64,000 nt of DNA from an uncultured Chloroflexia bacterium (GTDB lineage Bacteria; Chloroflexota; Limnocylindria; Limnocylindrales; CSP1-4). Shown one piece after another: positions 8,180-17,461 of the stretch. The DNA lies in contig CAVYBU010000007.1 in assembly GCA_963766735.1 (NCBI GenBank), forward strand, positions 1-64,000, in the 5' to 3' direction. Both the position numbers and the translations under genes were made by a program. Position 1 is the first letter of the stretch, and every line of letters begins with the position of its first letter. A model generated the notes under the pieces. The model saw nothing but the letters and a program-made list of their open reading frames with translations, ran no database searches and was not told the DNA's origin.

Positions 8180-8253
8180 GCGGGAGGCTGTGACGCGCGG
8201 TCCGTACCCACGGCCACCGGGATCGCGCCGAGCCACCGGTGAGACCGACCCGC
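8180..8253 (+). ncRNA. c-di-GMP-II-like riboswitch (GAG-type variant), copy 5
   Basis: Pseudoknot has a compensatory change, CACC/GGTG versus CGCC/GGCG in other copies. Confidence 0.75.
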
Positions 8254-8272
8254 TGGAAGTGGAGATCACGCC

Positions 8273-8779
8273 ATGCGACGCATTCTGGTGGTTGCTGCAC
8301 TTGTGGGGAGCCTGGCACTCCCGGCGGGTGCGTTGGCGCAGGAGCCAGATTCGATGTGGGTCGAGCTCGGCTCCGCCAGTCTCGTTGGGAAGTCCGTTGT
8401 GACCCTCGACATCACATTTGCCTGCCAGCCCGCCGACGACCTCGGCGAGAATTGGCAGGTGTATTGGTGGGACGAAGAAGGGATGCAGGGCACCCAGATT
8501 GACGTTCAGGTTCGGCAGGCTGTCGGTGGCCACCTCCAGGCCTCCGCTGATGCGACGTGGTACTTCGTGGACCAGGCGGACGAGCTCTGCAACGGTCAAC
8601 CGCAGACCGTCCAGATGACCATGGCGTCTGAAGGCCCGCCCTTCAAGCACGGCTGGGCAGCGATCAACATCAACGCGGCAGCGCCTTGGTATGCCCGGAA
8701 CACGGTGACCTGGGAGACCTACCCAGGTTCCGACCAAGCGGCATCGACGGGCTGGATGGCGGTCAAGATCGGCAAGTAG
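8273..8779 (+). CDS. Secreted protein of unknown function
   Basis: RBS GGAG; signal peptide MRRILVVAALVGSLALPAGALA; two Cys. Confidence 0.85.
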   Translation: MRRILVVAALVGSLALPAGALAQEPDSMWVELGSASLVGKSVVTLDITFACQPADDLGENWQVYWWDEEGMQGTQIDVQVRQAVGGHLQASADATWYFVDQADELCNGQPQTVQMTMASEGPPFKHGWAAININAAAPWYARNTVTWETYPGSDQAASTGWMAVKIGK

Positions 8780-8786
8780 CAGGGAT

Positions 8787-8850
8787 CATCGCCCCCGGCT
8801 ACGCGCGGAGCGCCCGACCCGCCAGGTCAGCGCCCGGCGACCGGGGGCGA
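8787..8850. repeat. Family 2 hairpin with 10-bp terminal inverted repeat
   Basis: TCGCCCCCGG (8789) ... CCGGGGGCGA (8841-8850), just after the stop at 8779. Confidence 0.85.
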
Positions 8851-9170
8851 CGTGTGTCCAGCTTGACAAGGGCGCAAGGGTGACCGGAGATCCCGATCCC
8901 CGGTCTGCAGGAGAATGCGGCGCCGCCGGTGGGGGAGAACTCCAGCGGCGCCGCGGGGAAGTGCTTGCGAAACGGGATGTCGTCTCTCCTGAGCACGTCC
9001 GCTTGCCAGAGGTTTCAGCCGCAACGCATTTCGAGGCCCCTGGGGCTCCACCGCGACCTCTCGTGCCGACGCCCCGGCAGCGCGGCGCGCGCGGCGACGA
9101 GCTCTCCCGTCTGGGCGCCGACCTTGACGACGTGGTGGACGCCCTGATGGCGGGTGGCCGGCGGCCGCGC

Positions 9171-10682
9171 CTACGGCTCGAGGTTCAGCTCGCCGGCGGC
9201 GAGGTATCCGGTGACCCACGCGGCGGCCCGCGTCATCTGCTCGAGCAGGACGGGATCGACGCCGTCGAGGGTGTCGCAGGCGAGGTGGTAGCAGGGGTCG
9301 TGGCGGGCCACGGACCCGATCCCGCCGACGGGGATGCCCAGCTCGTCGAACCGGTAGTGGTCGCTGGCGCCGGCATAGTCGGCCTTCTCCCAGTCCAGCC
9401 CCTGATCGTCGAAGGCCTGGCCGAACAGCTGCTCGAGGGTCGACGCTGAGGCGCTGTTGAGCGTGGCGGAGTCGTACACCTGGCGGGGCCCGTCCGGTGT
9501 GGCGATCATGTCGAAGTTCAGGTAGGCGGCGATGGCGCGCCGCTCCGCCTCGCCCAGCGAGTCGGCGTACTGGACCGAACCCCATAGCCCCAGCTCCTCG
9601 CCGGTCCAGAACGCGACGCGCACCTTCCAGCCCGGCTGCCCCCCGGACAGAGCCGCGAGTCGCCGGGCGATCTCGAGGACGGCCGCGGTACCGGAGCCGT
9701 TGTCGTTGATGCCGGGGCCGTCGACAGCCGAGTCGAGGTGCGCTCCGAGCATCAGGACATGGTCCGGATCACCACCCGGGGTTTCGGCAAGGACGTTGCT
9801 GCTCTGGCGCATCTCCGTGGTGGTGGGGATGTGGATTCGCACGTCGTGGCCCGCCGCCGCGGCGTCGGCCAGCGCGAGGCCGGCGTCTCGGGTCACGGCG
9901 ATCACCGGGATGGTGAGGCCCGCAGGATCGAGCAGCGTCGGGCGGCGGACCTGGTCCGGGCCCCACATCGGGTACGAGGAGATCAGCGCGACCGCACCCG
10001 CGGCCTGGGCGTTGACGACGGTCTGGCGGGCTCGGCACGATCCGGGCTGGACAAGAACGATTGCGCCTGCCGGTACGCCACCCCAGGCGTTCGCATCACA
10101 GCCGATGCCGTTGCGGTCCTCAGGCTTGGCGTCGGGGTCGAAACCGAGGGCGAACAACGGCGCCGTCACGTCACCCGACGGGGACAGCAGCATCGCCTTG
10201 AAGTCGCGTGGACCCTCGAGGGCAGGCGCGCCCGGGGCCAGGATCTCAAGCTCCCCGGGCCCGGTCTGCGCGAACATCGGCACGAAGACCGGGTCAAGGG
10301 TGACTTCGTAGCCGGCAGCGCGCAGCTCGTCGGCCACCCACTCGGCGGCGGCCGCGTAGCCGTCACTGCCCGCTGTTCGCGCGCCGCCGTTCTTGAGGGT
10401 GAGGGACTCGAGCGCGGCCAGATCGGCCAGCATGGCGTCGGCGTCGACGGCGTCGCGGAGTGCCTCCGCGAGTGACGGGACGCCCGGGATCGCCGACGAA
10501 TCGCCCGTCGCTCCGGGCAGTGAGGGGCTCGCGATGGCAGGCGAGGTGGGGCTGGGTGCCGGCGTGCCGCAGCCCGAAACGGAGCCCGCCAGGAGGAGCG
10601 CGACGAGCGCGAGCGCGAACCAGGCACGGCTGCTCGAGGAAGCCGGCGAGGGCCTTCGCGGACCGAGGCGGAGACCGTCCAT
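9171..10682 (-). CDS. M28 family aminopeptidase with PA domain, lipoprotein
   Basis: GAHLDS, GINDNGSG, WTGEELGLWGS, LNFDM, SDH and CYHLACD motifs; start uncertain. Confidence 0.9.
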   Translation of the reverse strand: MDGLRLGPRRPSPASSSSRAWFALALVALLLAGSVSGCGTPAPSPTSPAIASPSLPGATGDSSAIPGVPSLAEALRDAVDADAMLADLAALESLTLKNGGARTAGSDGYAAAAEWVADELRAAGYEVTLDPVFVPMFAQTGPGELEILAPGAPALEGPRDFKAMLLSPSGDVTAPLFALGFDPDAKPEDRNGIGCDANAWGGVPAGAIVLVQPGSCRARQTVVNAQAAGAVALISSYPMWGPDQVRRPTLLDPAGLTIPVIAVTRDAGLALADAAAAGHDVRIHIPTTTEMRQSSNVLAETPGGDPDHVLMLGAHLDSAVDGPGINDNGSGTAAVLEIARRLAALSGGQPGWKVRVAFWTGEELGLWGSVQYADSLGEAERRAIAAYLNFDMIATPDGPRQVYDSATLNSASASTLEQLFGQAFDDQGLDWEKADYAGASDHYRFDELGIPVGGIGSVARHDPCYHLACDTLDGVDPVLLEQMTRAAAWVTGYLAAGELNLEP

Positions 10683-10782
10683 CACCACAGGCTCCACGAA
10701 CGGAGCACCTTGTGGCAAGAGCCCGAGGTCCCGGCCGCTCCGGGCCCGAGCGCATGAGCCCGCGCAGGGATAGGCTTCGACC

Positions 10783-11615
10783 ATGGTCCATCCTCTGGTC
10801 CGGGTCGGAAGCGTGGACGTCGTGCCGCTGTGCGACGGATGGGCGCCGCTGCCGCTCTCGGGCGAGGTCCCCGGTCACGAGGTCGACTGGTCCGTGGAGC
10901 GCGAGGCGTATCCGTGGGCATTCGACGGCGCCCACGACGGGAGGTGGGCATGGCACGTCCATGCCTTCCTGCTCGGGGCAGCGAAGGATCGGTGCTGGTC
11001 GACAGCGGAATCGGGCACCTGGGGCGCCCACCCTACGAGGTGGCGGGACGGATCGACGAGGAGCTGCAGGAGGTGGGCGTCACCCCGACAGACGTTCGGC
11101 ACGTGATCCACACGCACCTTCACGCCGATCATGCCGGGGGCGCGTGCAGGCCGGACGGAGAACCACGGTTCCCGAACGCCGTCCACCACGTCCACCCGGC
11201 CGACTGGGACTTCTTCGCGGGAGCGGACGACCCCGACGACTTCCAGGGGCGGAGCGCGATGCGCCGCCTCCAGGAGCTCGGGATGCTGGACCTGGACCCC
11301 CGGGACCGTGAGGTTGCCCCGGGTGTGCGCGTCCTCCACAGTCCCGGCCACACGCCGGGACACCGCAGCGTGCTCCTGACCGACAACGCGTCCTCGATGC
11401 TCTTCACCGGTGACCTGCTCCATCTGCCCATCCAGGTATCCAACCCGGAGTGGGCGTCCAGTCACGACGAGGAAGCCGATCTCGGGGCCGCATCGCGGGT
11501 CGGCCTGCTCACGCGGGCGCGGGACGAGCGCTGGGGCGTGGCCGTGAGCCACTTCGGACGACCGTTCGGCGGCGTGCGCGGGCAGGACGGCGGCCAGCGG
11601 TGGCAATCAGCCTGA
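10783..11615 (+). pseudogene. MBL-fold hydrolase split by a frameshift near 10975 (possible sequencing error)
   Basis: N-terminus MVHPLVRVGSVDVVPLCDG...HVHAFLL continues in another frame with VLVDSGIG...HTHLHADH...PGHTPGH...TGD. Confidence 0.8.
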
Positions 11616-11652
11616 TCCCCGCAGGAGGCTGCCGGGCCCTACCATCGGGCAC

Positions 11653-11946
11653 ATGCAACCGGTGATCGTTGATGCCGAGGCCGCGAGTCGGTACGAGGCG
11701 CGCGTCGACGGCGACCTCGCGGGTTTCATCGACTACGTCACGAAGCCAGGCCGGATCGCGCTGATCCACACCGAGGTCCTGCCCGGCCGCGAGGGGCAGG
11801 GAATTGCCGGGACGCTCGCGCGGTTCGCCCTCGACGATGCTCGCCGGCGGGGGCTGCGCGTGATCGCGTCCTGTCCGTATGTCCGCGCGTACGTCGAACG
11901 CCACCCGGACACCCATGACATCGTCGTGGGTATGACGCCTGCCTGA
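11653..11946 (+). CDS. Small GNAT acetyltransferase (YjdJ-like)
   Basis: HTEV...GQGIAG.L...CPYV motif. Confidence 0.9.
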   Translation: MQPVIVDAEAASRYEARVDGDLAGFIDYVTKPGRIALIHTEVLPGREGQGIAGTLARFALDDARRRGLRVIASCPYVRAYVERHPDTHDIVVGMTPA

Positions 11947-11959
11947 GGCCGAGGGGCGG

Positions 11960-12196
11960 CTATCGACGCCAGCTGCTGGGGTCGAACAGGTAGAACGTCG
12001 TGATGGACCACTGCTCGCGGGCGTCCAGCAACCGCTCCCGGACGACTTCCGCAAGGGGCCGGGACCGGGCCGAGGCTTCGGCCGTGGGGACATCGCCGAT
12101 CTCCCCCCGGTCTCGGCGGTCCGTGGGCGTGCCTGCGTCCTCCAGCAGGCGCACCCGCCCGCCGTCGATCCGCTCAAACACGATGTATCCGGCCAC
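11960..12196 (-). CDS. Small hypothetical protein
   Basis: GTG start; C-terminal REQWSITTFYLFDPSSWRR; coding-like. Confidence 0.5.
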   Translation of the reverse strand: MAGYIVFERIDGGRVRLLEDAGTPTDRRDRGEIGDVPTAEASARSRPLAEVVRERLLDAREQWSITTFYLFDPSSWRR

Positions 12197-12465
12197 GTTC
12201 CACGCATCGTAACGACCGGCTGTCGCGGAGGGAACCCACAGCGATGCCGCCGTGCGAGCGGGGCGCCCCATATCGTGGGTCGCGGATCAAGCGACACCCT
12301 CGCGAGCGTTCGCCGGCGATCCCGAAGGCGGCCAGCCTGCGCCGGCGATCGCACATCGTCCCGTCCTGTGGAGCCGCCCGGCGGGCGCACCTGCGCCGGG
12401 TCTAGGATCGTCCGCGGTACCGCCGACGCCCGACAGCCACCAGCCCGCAGACACGAGGACGACCG

Positions 12466-14946
12466 ATGGACACGCCGCAGCAGGTTCACGCCAAGGGCAG
12501 CATCCCGGACCAGGCCCGCGTGGTCATCATCGGTGGCGGCATCATCGGCACCAGCATCGCCTACCACTTCGGCAAGCTCGGCTGGAAGGACACGGTCCTG
12601 CTCGAGCGTCGCCAGCTCACGGCCGGCACCACGTGGCACGCGGCCGGCCTCATGACCTCGGCGGGCATGACGTCCGAGACCCAGCTGTGGATGTCCCGGT
12701 ACACGCGGGATCTGTGCGTCTCGCTCGAGGCTGAGACGGGGCAGGCGACGGGGTTCCGTCCGATCGGGCACCTTCACCTCGCGACCACGCCTCAGAGGCT
12801 GGAGGGTCAGCGCCGCGAGGCAGCGTTCGCACGGGGCTTCGGCATCCCGAACGAGGAGATCTCGGGCGCCGAGTTCGGCCGCATGTGGCCGGCGGCACGG
12901 ATCGACGATGTCCTGGCGGCGTTCTACGTGCCCGACGAGGGCCGCGTGAACCCGGCCGACCTGGCCCAGGCCTACGCGAAGGGCGCACGCATGAACGGCG
13001 TCCGGATCGTGGAGGGCGTCACGGTCACCGGCATCACGCAGGCGAACGGGTTCGTCACCGGCGTCGAGACGGACCAGGGGCCGATCCGCGCCGAGTACGT
13101 GGTCAACGCGGCCGGCATGTGGGGCCGCGAGGTCGGCGCGATGGCCGGCGTGGCGGTCCCGCTCCAGGCGGCCGAGCACTACTACCTCGTCACGGACACG
13201 GTTTCCTGGGCTCACCCGGACCTGCCGATCGTCGAGGAGCCCGACCGCTATGGCTACTACCGCGAGGAGGGTGGGGGGATCCTCGTGGGTCTGTTCGAGC
13301 CCAAGGCTGCGGCGTGGTCCCTCGACGGTGTCCCGAGTGACGTCGCATTCGCCAGCCTGCCACCCGACTGGGACCGCATCGGAACGTACCTGGACACGGC
13401 GCTGGACCGGTTCCCGTCCCTCCGCGAGGCCGGCGTCCGGACAATGTTCTGCGGACCGGAGAGCTTCACCGCGGACGTCTTGCCGCAGCTCGGCGAATCA
13501 CCGGAGGTCCGCAACCTGTTCGTTGCCGCGGGGCTCAACAGCCTGGGGATCATCTTCTCCGGTGGAGTCGGCAGCATCACGGCGCAATGGATCGCGGACG
13601 GAGTGCCGCCCGTCGACGTCACCGGCATGACGGTGGACCGGGCCCAGACCTTCGAGACCAGCCGGCGGTTCCGGAAGGACCGCACCGTCGAGCAGCTGGG
13701 GATGCTGTTCGGGGATGCCGCGTTCCCGTCCTGGCACGCGTGGTCAGCGCGCTATGTGCGCCGCTCGGTCATCCACGACCGGCTCGCCGCCGACGGGGCG
13801 CACTTCACGCCGTCGTCCGGCTGGGAGTACCCCGACTGGTTCGACATTGACGGGACGAACCCGGCCGAGCCGCAGGGCTGGGGACGCAACGGGACCTTCG
13901 CCTACGTGGCTGAGGAGCACCGGGCCGTCCGCGAGGCCGTCGGCATGCTCGACATGTCGGGCATGGCCAAGTTCCTGGTCCAGGGTCGTGACGCGGAGCG
14001 CGTGCTCAACCGTGTGTGTGCCAACGACGTGTCGGTCCCCGTCGGCCGCATCGTCTACACACAGTGGCTGAACGAGGTCGGCGGGATCATCGCCGACCTG
14101 ACCGTCACCCGGATCGCGGAGCAGGAGTTCATGCTCGTGGTCACGGACACGATCCACCGGCGGATGGCGCCCTGGATCAAGCGCCACACCCGCGATGACG
14201 AGTTCGTGACCGTGACCGACGTCACGGCCGGCATCACCCTGATGACGGTCCAGGGTCCACGGTCGAGGGAGCTCCTGTCCTCGCTCACGAGCGCGGACCT
14301 GTCCAACGAGGCATTCCCGTACCTCACGGCGCAGGAGATCGACCTCCACTACGCCCGGGTGATGGCCATGCGCGTCACCTACGTCGGGGAGCTGGGCTGG
14401 GAGCTGCACGTGCCCGCGGACCAGGCCCTGACCGTGTACGACGCGCTTCGCGAGGCCGGCTCCGGCCTCGGCTACCGGAACGTGGGCATGGGCGCTCTGA
14501 ACAGCCTGCGCCTCGAGAAGGCGTACCGGGACTTCGGCCTGGATATCGACAACAGCGACACGCCGCTCGACGTGGGCCTCGGGTTCGCGGTGGCCTGGGA
14601 CAAGCCCGGTGGGTTCATCGGCCGGGACGCGCTGCTCGCAGTCCGTCGGCCGGGGCCGCCGAAGCGCCGCCTGGTCCAGGTCTTCCTGGAGGACCCCGAC
14701 CCGATCCTCTACCACGCAGAGCCCGTGCTGCGCGACGGGAAGTGGTTCGGCCACGTCCGCTGGGGCGGCTACGGGCACACCCTGGGCGGCGCGATCGGCA
14801 TGGCAATGGTCGAGGACGAGGCGGGTATCCCCGCGGATGCCATCGACAACGGGCGGTTCGAGATCGACATTGCCGGCGTCCGCTTCCCGGCCCGCGCATC
14901 CGTCCGCCCGATGTACGACCCGGATCGCCTCCGGATCAAGGCCTGA
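12466..14946 (+). CDS. GcvT-family FAD oxidoreductase (dimethylglycine/sarcosine dehydrogenase-like)
   Basis: GGGIIG, AGTTWHAAG, GPESFT, RVTYVGELGWEL and SLRLEKAY motifs. Confidence 0.93.
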   Translation: MDTPQQVHAKGSIPDQARVVIIGGGIIGTSIAYHFGKLGWKDTVLLERRQLTAGTTWHAAGLMTSAGMTSETQLWMSRYTRDLCVSLEAETGQATGFRPIGHLHLATTPQRLEGQRREAAFARGFGIPNEEISGAEFGRMWPAARIDDVLAAFYVPDEGRVNPADLAQAYAKGARMNGVRIVEGVTVTGITQANGFVTGVETDQGPIRAEYVVNAAGMWGREVGAMAGVAVPLQAAEHYYLVTDTVSWAHPDLPIVEEPDRYGYYREEGGGILVGLFEPKAAAWSLDGVPSDVAFASLPPDWDRIGTYLDTALDRFPSLREAGVRTMFCGPESFTADVLPQLGESPEVRNLFVAAGLNSLGIIFSGGVGSITAQWIADGVPPVDVTGMTVDRAQTFETSRRFRKDRTVEQLGMLFGDAAFPSWHAWSARYVRRSVIHDRLAADGAHFTPSSGWEYPDWFDIDGTNPAEPQGWGRNGTFAYVAEEHRAVREAVGMLDMSGMAKFLVQGRDAERVLNRVCANDVSVPVGRIVYTQWLNEVGGIIADLTVTRIAEQEFMLVVTDTIHRRMAPWIKRHTRDDEFVTVTDVTAGITLMTVQGPRSRELLSSLTSADLSNEAFPYLTAQEIDLHYARVMAMRVTYVGELGWELHVPADQALTVYDALREAGSGLGYRNVGMGALNSLRLEKAYRDFGLDIDNSDTPLDVGLGFAVAWDKPGGFIGRDALLAVRRPGPPKRRLVQVFLEDPDPILYHAEPVLRDGKWFGHVRWGGYGHTLGGAIGMAMVEDEAGIPADAIDNGRFEIDIAGVRFPARASVRPMYDPDRLRIKA

Positions 14947-15013
14947 CGCAGCGGGTCTGACCGGGGCGCCCGCCGCACGGTCCGACAAGGGCGCCCACCG
15001 GTAGACTGGCCGG

Positions 15014-16519
15014 GTGACCCCCGACCACCAGGACCTGGATCAGGAACAGCTCACCGGCCGCAACGACATGGACCCGGAGGCGTTCCGCTCCGCCGGGCAC
15101 GCCGTGGTGGACCGCCTCGCGGACTACCTCGCGGACCTCGAGCGGTACCCCGTGTTCCCGCCGATCGAGCCCGGGACGATCGGTCCGCAGCTCCCCGCCC
15201 ACGCGCCCGAGGGGCCGGAGCCGATGGACGCCATCCTGGCGGACGTCGACCGCCTGGTGTTCCCGAACGCCACGCACTGGCAGCACCCGGGCTTCTTCGC
15301 CTACTTCGCAACCAGCGCGTCAGGGCCTGGGATCCTGGGCGAGATGATCACCGCCGCTCTGGGCCAGAACCCGATGCTGTGGCGGACGTCGCCGATCGGC
15401 ACGGAGCTCGAGGGCGTGGTGGTCCGCTGGCTCCGGGAGGGACTGGGCCTGCCGGATGCCTTCGACGGCCTGCTGACCGACACCGCCTCGACGTCCACCC
15501 TGATCGCCCTTGCCGCTGCGCGAGAGGCATCGGGCCTCGACGCGGCGGCGCTGGGCCTGGCGGCGCGGGAGGACGTGGCGCGCCCGCGTGTCTACGCCTC
15601 CACAGAGGCACACAGCTCGATCGAGAAGGCGTGCATGACGCTTGGCCTCGGGCGCTCGGCCCTCGTCAAGATCCGGACCAACGACCAGTACGAGATGGAC
15701 GCGGTGGACCTGGGGGCGGCGATCTCCGCGGACCGGGCAGCAGGCCTGCGTCCGATCGCGATCGTGGCGACAGTCGGCACGACGTCGTCCACCTCGGCGG
15801 ACCCGGTGTCCGCCGTGGCCGACATCGCCGAGCGCGAGGGACTGTGGCTGCACGTGGATGCGGCGTACGCCGGGGTGGTTGCCCTGGTCCCCGAGCGACG
15901 AGGACCGTTCGAGGGCTGGGAGCGAGCGGACTCGATCGTCGTCAACCCGCACAAGTGGCTGTTCACGCCCCTCGACGCCTCGTTGCTGCTCAGCCGGCGC
16001 ATGGACCAGCTCCGGGCCGCCTTCAGCCTCGTGCCGGAGTACCTGCGCACGCTCGACCGGGTGAACCCCGTCGTGGACTACAACGAGTACCAGCCCCAGC
16101 TTGGGCGGCGGATGCGAGCGCTCAAGCTCTGGATGCAGCTCCGCTGGTTCGGGATGGAGGGACTCCGGCGCCGGATCAGGTACCACCTGGAACTCGGGGC
16201 GGACTTCGCCGCATGGGTGGACTCGGACCCGGACTGGGAGCGCCTCGCGCCGGCGCCGTTCTCGACCGTCTGCTTCCGGTATCGCCCCTCTCGGCTCGTC
16301 GGACGCGAGGACGCACCGGAGATCCGCTCGCAGCTCGATGACCTCAACACACGCCTGATGGCTGGCGTCAACGGCACCGGCGAGGTCTTCCTCTCGCACA
16401 CGCGCCTCCGGGACCGGTTCACGATCCGGATGGCGATCGGCAACCTGCACACCGAGCCCCGACACGTGGACCGGGCGTGGGCGCTGCTGCGGTCCGAGGC
16501 CGCGCGTCTGGACGCCTGA
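15014..16519 (+). CDS. PLP-dependent group II (aromatic L-amino acid-type) decarboxylase
   Basis: HWQHPGFFAYF, HSSIEKA, WLHVDAAYAG, NPHKW and LGRR.RALKLW motifs. Confidence 0.93.
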   Translation: MTPDHQDLDQEQLTGRNDMDPEAFRSAGHAVVDRLADYLADLERYPVFPPIEPGTIGPQLPAHAPEGPEPMDAILADVDRLVFPNATHWQHPGFFAYFATSASGPGILGEMITAALGQNPMLWRTSPIGTELEGVVVRWLREGLGLPDAFDGLLTDTASTSTLIALAAAREASGLDAAALGLAAREDVARPRVYASTEAHSSIEKACMTLGLGRSALVKIRTNDQYEMDAVDLGAAISADRAAGLRPIAIVATVGTTSSTSADPVSAVADIAEREGLWLHVDAAYAGVVALVPERRGPFEGWERADSIVVNPHKWLFTPLDASLLLSRRMDQLRAAFSLVPEYLRTLDRVNPVVDYNEYQPQLGRRMRALKLWMQLRWFGMEGLRRRIRYHLELGADFAAWVDSDPDWERLAPAPFSTVCFRYRPSRLVGREDAPEIRSQLDDLNTRLMAGVNGTGEVFLSHTRLRDRFTIRMAIGNLHTEPRHVDRAWALLRSEAARLDA

Positions 16520-16564
16520 CTGATCCGCCAGTTCCGCGGGCCCACCCAACAAGGAGCGCGACCG

Positions 16565-16924
16565 ATGTCCAAGCCGATCGAGGTCCTCTACTTCTATCGC
16601 ACGAAGTGGGGCCACCACGACGAGTTCCTGGAGCTGTTCAGGCGCAACCATTGGCCGATCCTGCGCGAGGGTCAGGCCGCCGGCCGGTACACGGACGTCC
16701 AGCTCTGGGCGCCGCGGTTCCACGGGGTGGGGGAGGCCGAATGGGACGTGCTCGTCTCCATCACGTACCGGGACTGGGCTGCGATCCAGGAGCACGCCGA
16801 CGAGGACCTCGTTGCGCGGCTGTATCCGGACCAGGCGACGTTCAGGAGCGAGGAGCGGCGGCGCTTCGAGATCCTCGATGCGCACTGGGACGTGGTGCTC
16901 GAGGACCAGTCGCTCCCGCGCTGA
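16565..16924 (+). CDS. Dimeric alpha-beta barrel (NIPSNAP-like) hypothetical protein
   Basis: RBS AAGGAG; FLELFRRNHWP...HWD pattern. Confidence 0.7.
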   Translation: MSKPIEVLYFYRTKWGHHDEFLELFRRNHWPILREGQAAGRYTDVQLWAPRFHGVGEAEWDVLVSITYRDWAAIQEHADEDLVARLYPDQATFRSEERRRFEILDAHWDVVLEDQSLPR

Positions 16925-17011
16925 TCAGGATCGAGCCGGCGGGCGCAAGGCGCCCTCGGACCCGCATAATGGGCGCCCTGATCCGCCGTCCATCGGAGGC
17001 CCTCACAGCCC

Positions 17012-17401
17012 GTGCCGCCCATCACCGAGCTCTCCCGCATCGAGCCCGTGCACCTCGCGCGGCTCGAGAAGCAGGGCATCTTCACCACCGGGATCCTGCT
17101 CGAGGTCTCGGAGACGCCCACCCGTCGCCAGTCACTCGCGGACCACGTCAAGGCCACGACCAACGACGTGGCGACCTGGCGCGACGAAGCCCTGATGCTG
17201 AACCTCGCCGGCTTCGGACCGCGGGAGCACCAGCTGTTCGTCCAGGCCGGCATCGGCGGGCTGCGGAACCTCCTGGACGTGGAGCTGGCTCCGTTCAAGG
17301 TCCGCCTGGCCCGCGCGGCGACGGAGCTCAACTGGGAGGTGCCACCGGACCTGATGGTTGAGACGTGGTGGGAACAGGCGCGGACCCTCGAGGAGGCGTG
17401 A
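17012..17401 (+). CDS. DUF4332-like HhH protein
   Basis: LEKQGIFTT..LL...GFGP...L..AGI...V..W...A pattern. Confidence 0.7.
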   Translation: MPPITELSRIEPVHLARLEKQGIFTTGILLEVSETPTRRQSLADHVKATTNDVATWRDEALMLNLAGFGPREHQLFVQAGIGGLRNLLDVELAPFKVRLARAATELNWEVPPDLMVETWWEQARTLEEA

Positions 17402-17461
17402 GCCCCGGCCGGGGACGGCGCGGAGGGTGACCCTGCCCGCACCCGGTACCATCGGTTCCTG

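Noticed and set aside
1829-8253. Leader as a SAM-I, cobalamin or c-di-GMP-I riboswitch
   Set aside because: It lacks AUC.AGAG/GCAACC, the B12 box and the GCAAA-type GEMM features; element order fits c-di-GMP-II
1752-8850. Repeats as a CRISPR array or classical integron attC sites
   Set aside because: Spacing is irregular and kb-scale with no cas genes; there are no paired RYYYAAC/GTTRRRY boxes and no intI in the window
8880-9170. Short ORFs between the array and the M28 peptidase
   Set aside because: No recognisable motif or RBS; the frame cannot be chosen
10960-10990. Programmed frameshift or selenocysteine recoding in the split genes
   Set aside because: No slippery heptamer or in-frame TGA at catalytic positions; simple indels explain the breaks
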